Source: a virus
Lineage: Duplodnaviria > Caudoviricetes
IMG/VR virus record: IMGVR_UViG_3300021255_002417
Span: 1 to 64,000 of that record
Length of the DNA stretch: 64,000 nt
Reading direction: 5' to 3' (one strand)
A program made the translations under genes and the position numbers. The notes beneath the pieces are model-generated. The model was not told the origin of the DNA. It ran no database searches and worked only from the letters and a program-made list of their open reading frames with translations. Shown here one piece after another: positions 10,598 to 20,418 of this stretch. Each line of letters begins with the position of its first letter. The stretch's first letter is position 1.

Positions 10598-11278
10598 TTA
10601 AGTTAACCAGCGAAAATGTCGTTCATAAACATGAAGTGATCCAGCATTCCAAATCATATCACCAAGTATTACATTCAGACCTTCTTTATTAAGTAAATCT
10701 ACCATAAGTGATTGAACATGCTGTGCCCAAAGATAATCATTACAATACCCGTATACTGCATCACAACTTCTCATAAATACTGTATAATCAAGCTGATATA
10801 TATTACTTCTAACTTCATTTAAAAATACTTGTGTTGAATATGTGCACATGAAATCGTGCATCCCATTTAAATTACAATCAACCTGCATTGATGGGCGATT
10901 ATAAATCATACATGCTTCACGCGTATGTGGATCATCAATTAATCTTTTAATACAATAGTCAAGTTGATTACCGTTTTCTTTTGACCAAATACACCAGCCA
11001 TAATTAGAATTTATCTTACCATCTTTATCAGCACACATTTGCCAAATTTTTGGAACTTCACCTGGAATATCTTTAACAAATAAAGATTGTGATTTATACC
11101 ATTCAATCTCTCTATTTGCATATTCATAATTTGGTTTACGAATAATTGAATCACTATCTGCTAAAAAGTGAGCATTCTGAATCTCGATTGTTTTTCCATA
11201 CCTTCCTTCTCTGAAAATACCATCTTTGTATAGACGATTAAATTCATTTCTAATATCTGCTGTAGTTGGGATATTCAT
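10598..11278 (-). CDS. dCMP hydroxymethylase, T4 gp42-type (thymidylate synthase fold)
   Basis: Near-collinear with T4 gp42 as recalled: REIEWYKSQSLFVKDIPGEVPKIW, INSNYGW, RPSMQ, DFMCT (catalytic Cys), RSCDAVYGYCND (Asp at the dCMP-specificity position), GSLHVYERHF. Confidence 0.9.
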   Translation of the reverse strand: MNIPTTADIRNEFNRLYKDGIFREGRYGKTIEIQNAHFLADSDSIIRKPNYEYANREIEWYKSQSLFVKDIPGEVPKIWQMCADKDGKINSNYGWCIWSKENGNQLDYCIKRLIDDPHTREACMIYNRPSMQVDCNLNGMHDFMCTYSTQVFLNEVRSNIYQLDYTVFMRSCDAVYGYCNDYLWAQHVQSLMVDLLNKEGLNVILGDMIWNAGSLHVYERHFRWLT

Positions 11279-11301
11279 ACTAATTATCCTATAGCTAATA
11301 A

Positions 11302-11970
11302 TTAAAAAAAGTCTGGCTCATTCATTATAGAAGAACATAAACCAGCTTTTTTAGTTTTTGATTGTGTTGTCTTTGATGTGTTACTTACAGATGATACTGT
11401 AGTTTTTTTATTACTATTAAAAAATATAATATCATCAGGATCTATACATAATGGTGTACTGTCTATTGTGTATGGTCTACCTGTAGAAGTTTCTATAAAA
11501 GTTGAATTTGATTTTCTTATATATAAATTATTTTTATAGAATTTTTTATTACCATCAATAACAATAAATATTATCTTGCAATCATCATTTGCAATACACA
11601 TATTAATGAATGAATTAATATAATCATTAATATTTGGTGAATTGTCCAAACCTATAATTTTAATTATAACACTTTGACTTATTAAATACTGTGGATGCAA
11701 TATATGCTCATCATGTGTTCGCATAGCATGCATTGACTGATAAATTTTTGATTCATCTAATACAGTTGGAGCAATTAATTTATTTTCTAATAAATAAGTT
11801 AAAGCATATGAATTCCAATTAGAATAATCAATATCACCAATTGCAATTATTTTATTTTTTGGTTTTATATTCAATAAAGTCCTTTTATCTTGATCTGATA
11901 ATGACTTTATTGAATTCGATAAAAGATCTCTATATAAGAGAGCAATTCGATTTAAAGTTCTATCATTCAT
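11302..11970 (-). CDS. Hypothetical protein
   Basis: 222-aa ORF directly upstream of the hydroxymethylase. Confidence 0.65.
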   Translation of the reverse strand: MNDRTLNRIALLYRDLLSNSIKSLSDQDKRTLLNIKPKNKIIAIGDIDYSNWNSYALTYLLENKLIAPTVLDESKIYQSMHAMRTHDEHILHPQYLISQSVIIKIIGLDNSPNINDYINSFINMCIANDDCKIIFIVIDGNKKFYKNNLYIRKSNSTFIETSTGRPYTIDSTPLCIDPDDIIFFNSNKKTTVSSVSNTSKTTQSKTKKAGLCSSIMNEPDFF

Positions 11971-11978
11971 AATAAATA

Positions 11979-12272
11979 CTAATTATTAAATGGAAGCTCT
12001 AACTGATGTGGATCTTTTTGTGATTGATACAAAAATGATAAATCTTCATTAACAATAAACTGCAAATTGTCAATGCACTTTTCTAAAAATAATTTAGATT
12101 TATTATCATGCTTATTAATATATTGTGATAAATTTGCATAGTATTCAACTTGAAATTTCTTAAAACTTTCAGGTATTGCCTTATTTGAATAAGCATATGA
12201 AAGTGTTTTACCATCAACTAGTTGAAATATCTGAAGACACTTATATCCAAATGAGTCAAATAAATCTTTCAT
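11979..12272 (-). CDS. Hypothetical protein
   Basis: 97-aa ORF. Confidence 0.6.
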   Translation of the reverse strand: MKDLFDSFGYKCLQIFQLVDGKTLSYAYSNKAIPESFKKFQVEYYANLSQYINKHDNKSKLFLEKCIDNLQFIVNEDLSFLYQSQKDPHQLELPFNN

Positions 12273-12429
12273 ATAAAACCCTATAACTTAATACTTGAAG
12301 ACTAATTTTAACTTACTACATTTTATATACACAAATAATGCAGATGCCACAACATAAATTTATTTATAAATAAAAGAAATAGCTGCTATTTATAACTAAA
12401 TTATAGATAACAGCTACTTGGCACTTTAT

Positions 12430-14697
12430 TTATTGCATATAGTCATAATCATCTTCTTCTAATTCAGGAATATAAATATCTTCACTTGGTTCAGGATTAT
12501 TATCAACAGTGCTATCTTGAATAGATTCCATTTGTGGAGTAAATGTGCCATCAAATGTATCTGGATCATATTCAAATGGAATTAGCTCGCCAAATGATTT
12601 TCCAATTGAAAGATCTGGTAACATTGGAACTTCCCAATCTGGGAGTTTAATTGTTTGACACCTCATAATAATTGGAACAACTTCTTTTAAAAGCTTTTTA
12701 GGTACTAGATAGTTAATTTCATCGTGAATTGTACAAACCCATTTAACGCCTTTATCTTTATATGGAATAAATAGTTCTTTCCATAATCTTACTAGCATAA
12801 GTTTAAGTAAGTCACCAGCTGCACCCTGAACTGCTGTATTTTTAACTGTCCTTGTACCAAAACCAACCTTTTGCCTGTCTGTACTATTTAAATAGTATTT
12901 TACACGGCGAGGTCTACCAAAATATGTTTTAACATAACCATTCTTTTTTGCAAATCGTACAGCATTTCGTTGTCCAATCTCAATTGATGGTAATGCCTTT
13001 TTAAATGTATCAATAAATTCTTCACATTCTTCTAATGACATATCTGGAAACTGATTATGAAATCCATAAGCAGTTGATCCATACAAAATACCAAATGATG
13101 CAGCCTTTGCTTTTTTACGAGCTTCTTTGCAATAATTCTCTTCACCAAAAATCTTATAGGCTGTTAATTTATGAACATCTTGATTTGTATTAAAAGCATG
13201 AATCCATGTTGGCTCTTTATATATATTTGCAACCAATCTTAACTCTTCAGCTTTCATATCGACAGATACTATCACTGAATCATTATCAGGTGGTCTAATT
13301 GCTTTTCGTACATTTAAATGTGGATCTTGTCCTTCTGTTAAACCTAAACTACCTTCTGGATTATTATCAAAAACCCAACCACATAAATCTTCACCATTTG
13401 CAATTTGTTCATCAGTTGCTTTATGACAATGATAATTATGTGAATGTGGCTTTGGAAAACTTTGTATATTTAATGGTGAAAAGAATTTATTTTTTCCATC
13501 AGTCCCTGATGCTAATCTCCCAGTTGGGACCTTACAAGTAAAGTAATTAAATCTAATTGGATGCTTTTCAATTTCTTCTGGTGCTGAAATTTTTAATAAA
13601 GTTTCAAGGTATGAATTGTCAAATTTCAAAAGCTGTTTATATTCTACTAGCTTACGTAAATATTCATTATCACCATGTGTAGCAAAATAAGTACTAATAG
13701 TTTTAATATCTGTTTTCATTTGTCCAGTTGCTGTTCTAGAACCTGTGTCAATGCCAAGCTGCTGAAATACAGACATTAATTCTCTACCTGATGATAGATT
13801 ATATTCATGACCTACTTGTGCATAAAGATACTTTTTAAGCTCATCTAAATGAGCTAGAACATCACCACGAATTGATTTAAGATATTCATGATCAACATTT
13901 ATTGGTGTATTTTCTAATCTCATTAGAGGATATAAACATTCATTATCAAGTTTACCTGCAGCACCTGATTCTACATAATAACGTTCTGTTTTAAAGAAAA
14001 GATTATAAGTAGCTAACGCGTCTAAAGAAGCATATCTATAACCACTTGCAGCTGGTAAATATCCAAAGTTAGTTTCACCACCAGTAGTCTCTTCAAATGT
14101 TGGTGGATTCCAGCCAAGAAAATGCTTTTCTGATTTTTTCAACGATGGCATTACAACATTAGTGTCTGAAAGCCAAACTGAACATTGAACATCAAAGTAT
14201 TTAGTACTTGAAAGATCAAACGGATATATCTTTTCATTTGGTTCAGGCGTATAACCATACTTCTCAGGTGTCATAAACTCAAGGAATCGCATATCAAATC
14301 TTGCATTATATAATAAATGCAATTTTGATTTACAAATCATTGCATATAAAACTTTTAAACCTCTATAGCCAATCGCAATATCTGGATGTGTAAGCGGTAC
14401 ATAATAACCATTATGCCCATCTTGTGTAAAAGAATAACCTACAATTAAACCTTCAACAAGATCACCAGTTTTAACACCTTTTTCAGGACTTAAATCAGAT
14501 GTTTCAGTGTCCCATGCAAAAAATGAATCTGGTTTAAACTCATTTTTATAAAAGTCCATTAACTCTTCATAAGAATGAATTAAATGATGTTTGAGATTAT
14601 ATACATCTTCAAAGTTTTCCAAAATAGGAACAGCTTTTACATAATGTTCATATCCTGAATTATCTTTTGAACTTCCTAATTTTTTTCTTTGTGCCAT
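12430..14697 (-). CDS. polA: Family A DNA polymerase with 3'-5' exonuclease
   Basis: Exo I WDTET, YNARFD, YASLDA; TGRLAS; motif A VDMKAEELR; motif B RKKAKAASFGILYG (Phe at the 762-equivalent position); motif C TIHDEI. Confidence 0.95.
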   Translation of the reverse strand: MAQRKKLGSSKDNSGYEHYVKAVPILENFEDVYNLKHHLIHSYEELMDFYKNEFKPDSFFAWDTETSDLSPEKGVKTGDLVEGLIVGYSFTQDGHNGYYVPLTHPDIAIGYRGLKVLYAMICKSKLHLLYNARFDMRFLEFMTPEKYGYTPEPNEKIYPFDLSSTKYFDVQCSVWLSDTNVVMPSLKKSEKHFLGWNPPTFEETTGGETNFGYLPAASGYRYASLDALATYNLFFKTERYYVESGAAGKLDNECLYPLMRLENTPINVDHEYLKSIRGDVLAHLDELKKYLYAQVGHEYNLSSGRELMSVFQQLGIDTGSRTATGQMKTDIKTISTYFATHGDNEYLRKLVEYKQLLKFDNSYLETLLKISAPEEIEKHPIRFNYFTCKVPTGRLASGTDGKNKFFSPLNIQSFPKPHSHNYHCHKATDEQIANGEDLCGWVFDNNPEGSLGLTEGQDPHLNVRKAIRPPDNDSVIVSVDMKAEELRLVANIYKEPTWIHAFNTNQDVHKLTAYKIFGEENYCKEARKKAKAASFGILYGSTAYGFHNQFPDMSLEECEEFIDTFKKALPSIEIGQRNAVRFAKKNGYVKTYFGRPRRVKYYLNSTDRQKVGFGTRTVKNTAVQGAAGDLLKLMLVRLWKELFIPYKDKGVKWVCTIHDEINYLVPKKLLKEVVPIIMRCQTIKLPDWEVPMLPDLSIGKSFGELIPFEYDPDTFDGTFTPQMESIQDSTVDNNPEPSEDIYIPELEEDDYDYMQ

Positions 14698-14816
14698 ATT
14701 TCTTAAACCCCTAATTGGCTAAAAGGTAATAATCACAATAGTCTTAATCTTGACATTGTAAAATATAATATACAATAAAACCCTGATAGATTTAGCTTGC
14801 TATCAGAGTTTATTTA

Positions 14817-15008
14817 TTATTTATTATTTAATAATTTCTTAGATTGGGCTATAATAATTTCTGACATAGCTTTAATATTTTCAGCTATATTTAATACTTC
14901 TGTTAAATTATAATTATCATCCATAAATATAATTTCACGCAGTTGTTTACTTAATTTATTTATGATACCCTCTGCTGATTCAATGCAGCATTTAGCTTCA
15001 TCGTCCAT
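14817..15008 (-). CDS. Hypothetical protein
   Basis: 63-aa ORF coupled to the upstream MTase stop. Confidence 0.55.
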   Translation of the reverse strand: MDDEAKCCIESAEGIINKLSKQLREIIFMDDNYNLTEVLNIAENIKAMSEIIIAQSKKLLNNK

Positions 15009-16684
15009 TAATTAAACCATCTTATTTCAGGAAAACCTTTATATCCTTTTTTCCAAACAAACCAAGCATAACAAACAGCTGAAGCATTATTACTATTACT
15101 TACACCATTCATATAGCATTTCATTCTTGAAGTTGAAACCCAAACTCTTATTGGAGGATATTTGTCAAATAAATGTCTTCTGGATTTACCTTCAAGAAAT
15201 GTTAATTTAAGGAACATACAAACATATCTTCCATCATCAACAAGTGATAGCGCCTTTTCTACAAATGATTTTGCACAGTTACCACAAAAAAATTCTAATC
15301 CATTTCTTCGTAATAAAAATACACCATTCTTTTTCAAATTTAAACACCATACTTTACCAGTATATTCTACAGCACACTTATCATTTTTATTCGATGGGAA
15401 ATACATACGATTATATATACTATTTCTATTCTCATATATTATATAAAGTGCATGATTTATTCCATCGCTTGTTTTATATTTTGAATGTACAATATGTGAC
15501 AATAAACCAGTCTTTAATAAAAGCTCTTGTATATCTTCAGCCAGCTTTTTAGATGCAGTTCTAAAAATTCTAGCTTTAGATGTTTTTGTATTAAATAACG
15601 AACCATCACCAAAGAAATATGCATTAAGAAAACATGAAATTTGTTGTGATGTTAAATTCTTAATATCTTCAGGAATAAATTTATCTGCTGATTTTCCAAA
15701 TTGTTTTAAATAATGCCAAAGCTGTTCATTATGAATTTCAAAACTTATACATGGCGATTTTTTACCTTTTACATCAGCATATTCTTTATATGTAAACGGG
15801 AGTTTTGATAATATTTCTCGAACTCGATAAGCTGTTTTTTCTGATTGTTTTATAGTTACAGTTTTTCTATAATTATTATTTATATTAGTTGTATGTCTAC
15901 AACACCCATCTGCTAACCATAATCCAAAGAACTCAAGCCAGCTATTCATATTAATCTTAATTTCTTCTTTATATATAGGCTGTGCATGTTTACAACCAGC
16001 TATGCCAGGTAAAACAAAAATATCTTTTTGAATACCTTTCCATATATAACCAAGTTTTGGTATATAGTGTGCGCCTCTTATATATTTACTTTTTATTAGA
16101 TCATTATCTTTAATGCTAAGCTTATTGCTCTTAGCATCAAAAGCAAACATACGATGGTTATCAGTTACCATAATATCCATGTGACTTTTTTTAAAATGGT
16201 ACATCTTCTCATCGTCTGTTTTATCACGAATAATTATTGAGTTTATTGTACTCCATTCAAGTTCCATAGTATTTGGGTTAACAGATAAAATTTCATCAGA
16301 TTCTTTAATATCTGTATAATATAGCCAACCTCGCTTTGTATAACACTGTGTTTCAGAATCAAAGCAGTTATAGGGCGGGTTAGTAATAATATCAGCATTA
16401 TGCATTGGTGTTTCACACGTAAGAAAATCAAGAATCTCTATTCCATCTTTTCTAGCAATAATATCTGAATTTCTTACATGTTTTCCAGCTGCTGTAAATA
16501 CATCTGATAATGATAAGCTACCACATGCACACTCCCAAATATTATCTGATATATCTGGTTCCAATTGTAATAACCATTCTGCTGCTTTTGAATCTGATGA
16601 ATAAAAATCATGATCTGCTCTATCACAATCAGAATGATTGCTACATCCATTTGTTACAAAAAGTGAACTGCTACTTTTGCCCAT
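15008..16684 (-). CDS. N6-adenine DNA methyltransferase interrupted by an intein
   Basis: DFYSS, WECACG, DFL, DIITNPPY, FVEKAL, YAWFVW around a 363-aa insert. Confidence 0.88.
   Translation of the reverse strand: MGKSSSSLFVTNGCSNHSDCDRADHDFYSSDSKAAEWLLQLEPDISDNIWECACGSLSLSDVFTAAGKHVRNSDIIARKDGIEILDFLTCETPMHNADIITNPPYNCFDSETQCYTKRGWLYYTDIKESDEILSVNPNTMELEWSTINSIIIRDKTDDEKMYHFKKSHMDIMVTDNHRMFAFDAKSNKLSIKDNDLIKSKYIRGAHYIPKLGYIWKGIQKDIFVLPGIAGCKHAQPIYKEEIKINMNSWLEFFGLWLADGCCRHTTNINNNYRKTVTIKQSEKTAYRVREILSKLPFTYKEYADVKGKKSPCISFEIHNEQLWHYLKQFGKSADKFIPEDIKNLTSQQISCFLNAYFFGDGSLFNTKTSKARIFRTASKKLAEDIQELLLKTGLLSHIVHSKYKTSDGINHALYIIYENRNSIYNRMYFPSNKNDKCAVEYTGKVWCLNLKKNGVFLLRRNGLEFFCGNCAKSFVEKALSLVDDGRYVCMFLKLTFLEGKSRRHLFDKYPPIRVWVSTSRMKCYMNGVSNSNNASAVCYAWFVWKKGYKGFPEIRWFN
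15278..16366 (-). mobile_element. Intein with LAGLIDADG homing endonuclease domain
   Basis: Starts CFDSETQ (Cys107), ends ...NGLEFFCGN followed by Cys+1; internal WLEFFGLWLADG and FLNAYFFGDGS. Confidence 0.9.
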
Positions 16685-16689
16685 ATTAT

Positions 16690-16914
16690 TTATTCCTTTG
16701 GTGCATCAGGTAAAGACATCCAGTGAGTTACTTTTACGTGTGCCCATGTTTCAAGATCACCTTCAACATCATCTTGACTTGCCCACTTACCTTTACGTAA
16801 TTCTGCAACATGAGGAATAAACCTTAATTTAGAATTCTTCCAATCTACAACTGATACTAACACCCAGTCATATTCTTCTGGCAATCTATCATTTACATTA
16901 ATCCATTCACTCAT
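16690..16914 (-). CDS. DUF551-like phage protein
   Basis: MSEWINVNDRLPE...VTHWMSLPDAP. Confidence 0.8.
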   Translation of the reverse strand: MSEWINVNDRLPEEYDWVLVSVVDWKNSKLRFIPHVAELRKGKWASQDDVEGDLETWAHVKVTHWMSLPDAPKE

Positions 16915-16931
16915 ACTAAAGTCCTAGTTTA

Positions 16932-17168
16932 CTAATAATCATAATCATCATGACAGACATATTCATCCCAGCATCTGTCAACCACATCATAGCAATCACT
17001 TGGCGCACAATTATAACCCCAAGCGTCGCAAACAGTTTCACATTTTGTTATATAACTACATCGTGTTTCATAATGACAATTATCATCAATGAAAACACAA
17101 CCAGTTAATATCATTGTGAATAAAATTAATATACAAGATAAAATAATGTGCTTCATATTAAACCTCAC
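16932..17168 (-). CDS. Cys-rich lipoprotein
   Basis: Signal peptide II with lipobox LTG-C, then a Cys/Asp/Tyr-rich mature region. Confidence 0.75.
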   Translation of the reverse strand: MRFNMKHIILSCILILFTMILTGCVFIDDNCHYETRCSYITKCETVCDAWGYNCAPSDCYDVVDRCWDEYVCHDDYDY

Positions 17169-17641
17169 ATATTATCGTTACTTATATATTGTAGTACGCA
17201 TCTTGACAAAGCATTAGCTTCTTTTGTAGTACCATGCTTTTGTAAATTTGTACCACCTCTATTATATGCTTTTACTAATAATGCAATATGGTTAAACCGT
17301 TCACGCAAATGTTTTATATATCTTGCTGCGGCTATCGTATTACATTTAATATCATCTATATCATCAATAGAACATTCATCTGGCATATAAAATTTATAAA
17401 TTGGGTATGTTACCTGAAAGAACCCATGCGCACCTTTATCTGACACAACATTTCTACAACCACTTTCACAAACTACTAAATAAAAGTAATCAGCACTAAT
17501 GCCTTCATTTAAAAGTAAAGATACTATATACTCTTTATAAGGTAAACATCTGTCAAGTCTGCCATCAGCATAAGACTGTTTAATAGGCAATAAAACAAAC
17601 AAGATAGATGTAAATATTAAAAACATAATTTTGTTTATCAT
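17165..17641 (-). CDS. Lytic transglycosylase (SLT family) with signal peptide
   Basis: LVVCESG (catalytic Glu), SDKGAHGFFQV, AYNRG. Confidence 0.85.
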   Translation of the reverse strand: MINKIMFLIFTSILFVLLPIKQSYADGRLDRCLPYKEYIVSLLLNEGISADYFYLVVCESGCRNVVSDKGAHGFFQVTYPIYKFYMPDECSIDDIDDIKCNTIAAARYIKHLRERFNHIALLVKAYNRGGTNLQKHGTTKEANALSRCVLQYISNDNM

Positions 17642-18543
17642 TTTATCATTTTACTGTAGTAGATTTGAAACTCATTCCAAGAAAGATTGCCACCGTTTTC
17701 TTTATGCTCTTTATAAGCCAAAGATACAGCTTTCATTTGAGCAGAATGTATTTCTTTCATTTTAATCTTCGTTTCATCACTGTGTTTTTTACCATACATA
17801 GGTGCTTTTTCACCAGTGTTATGTACACCCCACATTGGATTCTTTTCACCAAGCTTTGACTCACTTAGTTTTTTCTTAGTTTCTTCTGTATGTTGCTTAC
17901 CAATATGTGATGTAACCATTTTATTTCTAATTGACTCATCTTGCCATTGATTTTTAGCAGCTTCACTTAATTTTAATCTAGTTTCATTAGTTGGATGCTT
18001 ACCATAATTTGGGTTATTTTCACCAGAATTATTAATTCTATACAGTTCACGTAGCTCATCATTCCAGCGAGCTTTATTAGATTTACTAATTTTTTCACGG
18101 TGTTCAACTGAAAAATGCTTACCATAGTTATGATTGTTTTCTCCAGAATACTTTATTGATTGTTCTATTCTGCGCCATGGGTGATCATTCCAAAACTTAA
18201 TATTCGACTTACTTATTTTTATTCTAGTCTCTTCTGAATATCTATGAATTTCTGTATGTTCTTTTGGTGTGATAAATATTATATATTTACCATACTCGAA
18301 ATGGTCATTTCCATTTTCATCAATTTCAAATCCCCAAAGTTCGTAATGTTCATCATTGTATTTTCTTTGTTCTTCTGTATCTCGTAAATGGTGTCGAACA
18401 GTAGCATTAGGATCGGGGTTATACTTTAATGACTTCTGAATTTCTCGACATTTTTTTGAATATTCAAATACATTAATACCTAATTTTGCAGCTTTCCAAT
18501 AATTATAATAATTCATATAATAATACCAAAATATAAATAGCAC
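17638..18543 (-). CDS. HNH-like homing endonuclease with NUMOD3 repeats
   Basis: TVRHH...N...EHTEIH followed by repeated YGKH(F/P/T)xxE(T/H)xxK(I/L)S motifs. Confidence 0.8.
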   Translation of the reverse strand: MLFIFWYYYMNYYNYWKAAKLGINVFEYSKKCREIQKSLKYNPDPNATVRHHLRDTEEQRKYNDEHYELWGFEIDENGNDHFEYGKYIIFITPKEHTEIHRYSEETRIKISKSNIKFWNDHPWRRIEQSIKYSGENNHNYGKHFSVEHREKISKSNKARWNDELRELYRINNSGENNPNYGKHPTNETRLKLSEAAKNQWQDESIRNKMVTSHIGKQHTEETKKKLSESKLGEKNPMWGVHNTGEKAPMYGKKHSDETKIKMKEIHSAQMKAVSLAYKEHKENGGNLSWNEFQIYYSKMIK

Positions 18544-18574
18544 AATTGCTATAAATAATTGATATTATTTATGA

Positions 18575-18805
18575 TTAAGTAGATGGCATTATTTGAAAGA
18601 ACCCACGTGCACCTTTTGGTGATGTTTTAATTTTGCAGCCGCTCTCACAAACTGCTAAGTAAAAATAATCAGATGATACACCCTCTGACTCTAACAATGA
18701 TGAAATCTCTTCTTGATAAGGTAAACAATTATCAAGTCGACCATCAGCATAAGCAGACATCGGAAAGATGATCACCATAAATAATAGAAATATCTTATAT
18801 AACAT
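18575..18805 (-). pseudogene. 5' fragment of a second lytic transglycosylase copy
   Basis: YADGRLDNCLPY...YFYLAVCESG...KGARGFFQIMPST-stop, about half the length of 17165..17641. Confidence 0.75.
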
Positions 18806-18819
18806 TATAATAATAACCT

Positions 18820-19440
18820 TTATTCAACTTTGTGAATAAATGACTTATCCACAAATAGATTATACAAATTACATCCTATAAAGTTAAATATAATAACTAA
18901 TAACAGATGCAACATCAAGCTTGGATTTTCATATATTACTGAACTAGCACCATAATAAAATGAATTTAAAACACAATTAAAACACGATGTATAAATAAAT
19001 CCTGTAATACATACAATTGGTATTATACAATTCTTTGATTTAGTACTAGATTCAATAGCCAATGTAAATAAAAATCCAGCTACAACAGCTTTTATAATAC
19101 ATAATAAATAACCATCACTAATAACTGATAATAGCATATTATCAGCCAAATTAGAAATAGCTGCATTTAGAAATCTTGATATAAGACCAAAAATAAATGC
19201 TGCAAATAGGTTACATATTAAAACAAGCATAAGTCTACGGAAGTCTATAGACTCAGACAAAAACCCAGCCTTATCTGTAAATAAATTAAGATTTAGTATG
19301 CTACATGATAGAAAACAAAGCGCCATCAAAATAGCACCAAATAAATTATTTGTACATGATAAATATAAATAGCCACCAATACCAATTATAATACCAGCAA
19401 GTAATGATCTTGAAATAATATGATTATTTGGATCTATCAT
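18820..19440 (-). CDS. Formate/nitrite transporter (FNT) family channel
   Basis: Multiple TM helices, SLLAGIIIGIG, LNLFTDK, FIYTSCFNCVLN. Confidence 0.75.
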   Translation of the reverse strand: MIDPNNHIISRSLLAGIIIGIGGYLYLSCTNNLFGAILMALCFLSCSILNLNLFTDKAGFLSESIDFRRLMLVLICNLFAAFIFGLISRFLNAAISNLADNMLLSVISDGYLLCIIKAVVAGFLFTLAIESSTKSKNCIIPIVCITGFIYTSCFNCVLNSFYYGASSVIYENPSLMLHLLLVIIFNFIGCNLYNLFVDKSFIHKVE

Positions 19441-19502
19441 TATTGAGTTCCTTTATATAAAATAAAACCTGCATAATTATTTACACTATGCAGGATTTAT
19501 TT

Positions 19503-20399
19503 TTAATTATTTATTTTCTTTTTAATAACTAATCTAGCATATAAGGCTTTACCATTTATACAAGGACCTCTAGTTCGCCATGGTGGTTTATCAAGTTTTA
19601 CTTCAGTCCCTGTTATAATACCGTTTTCAAAATCAAGTCTATCATAATGATTAAATAAACCAATTATGTCAAATTTAGCTGGATCATGTTTAGTCAAATA
19701 TGTAACAGGAACTCCAATATATTCATTATAATCAATAGGAATATCTGTGGCTTTATTACAATTTATGGCATCAAAGTTATCATATTTAATATATGAACCA
19801 TCAAAATGTCTCGTAAGTATTAATGATGAAGTTCTATCAACATTAAGATTTGTAAAAGTGCTTATTGCTGGAACTTTAATATAACATATATTGTCTTTTT
19901 TATATACTTTAGAATCTGGATCACTTGCATAGTCCTCATGGACAACAAACTCACAAGTTTTATTTGCAATATGACCCAGCAAAATTTTATTATGCACTAA
20001 TAAATTCATAACTAATTTATATGTTAGTGCATTTGTATTTCCCCAAATAATAAACTTCTTATTTAGAGAATTAAGCAACGAAAGAAATGGTCTAAACAAA
20101 CTAAACGGTGGATTTGTTATAACAACATCAGATCGTTTATAATTGTCTATTGCGATGTCACTGATGAAATCAACTCCGTTTTGAAGAGATGTATATAGCA
20201 ACTCTTTTATTAGCCCTTTGGCTTTTAACTCTAAAAAGTATTTGACGAAAGCTGATTCCTCAGTGTCACATGGACAATAGATTACTTTATCTTTGAATTG
20301 ATCAATATAATGATCAAGTTCAAATTTAACATCTTTATACAAAGTATAAAATTCATCTTTTTTAGATGAACGTGCATTACCTAATTTATCTCTTAACAT
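19503..20399 (-). CDS. EcoRI-family adenine-specific methyltransferase
   Basis: KKDEFYT, KVIYCPCD, DVVITNPPFSLFR, DIPIDYNEYIGVP. Confidence 0.88.
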   Translation of the reverse strand: MLRDKLGNARSSKKDEFYTLYKDVKFELDHYIDQFKDKVIYCPCDTEESAFVKYFLELKAKGLIKELLYTSLQNGVDFISDIAIDNYKRSDVVITNPPFSLFRPFLSLLNSLNKKFIIWGNTNALTYKLVMNLLVHNKILLGHIANKTCEFVVHEDYASDPDSKVYKKDNICYIKVPAISTFTNLNVDRTSSLILTRHFDGSYIKYDNFDAINCNKATDIPIDYNEYIGVPVTYLTKHDPAKFDIIGLFNHYDRLDFENGIITGTEVKLDKPPWRTRGPCINGKALYARLVIKKKINN

Positions 20400-20418
20400 A
20401 TTAAAATATATTAGATAT

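Noticed and set aside
18543-18575. Group I intron splitting the transglycosylase around the NUMOD3 ORF
   Set aside because: No P7 (GACUA/UAGUC) or other core elements were seen, and the downstream SLT is complete on its own
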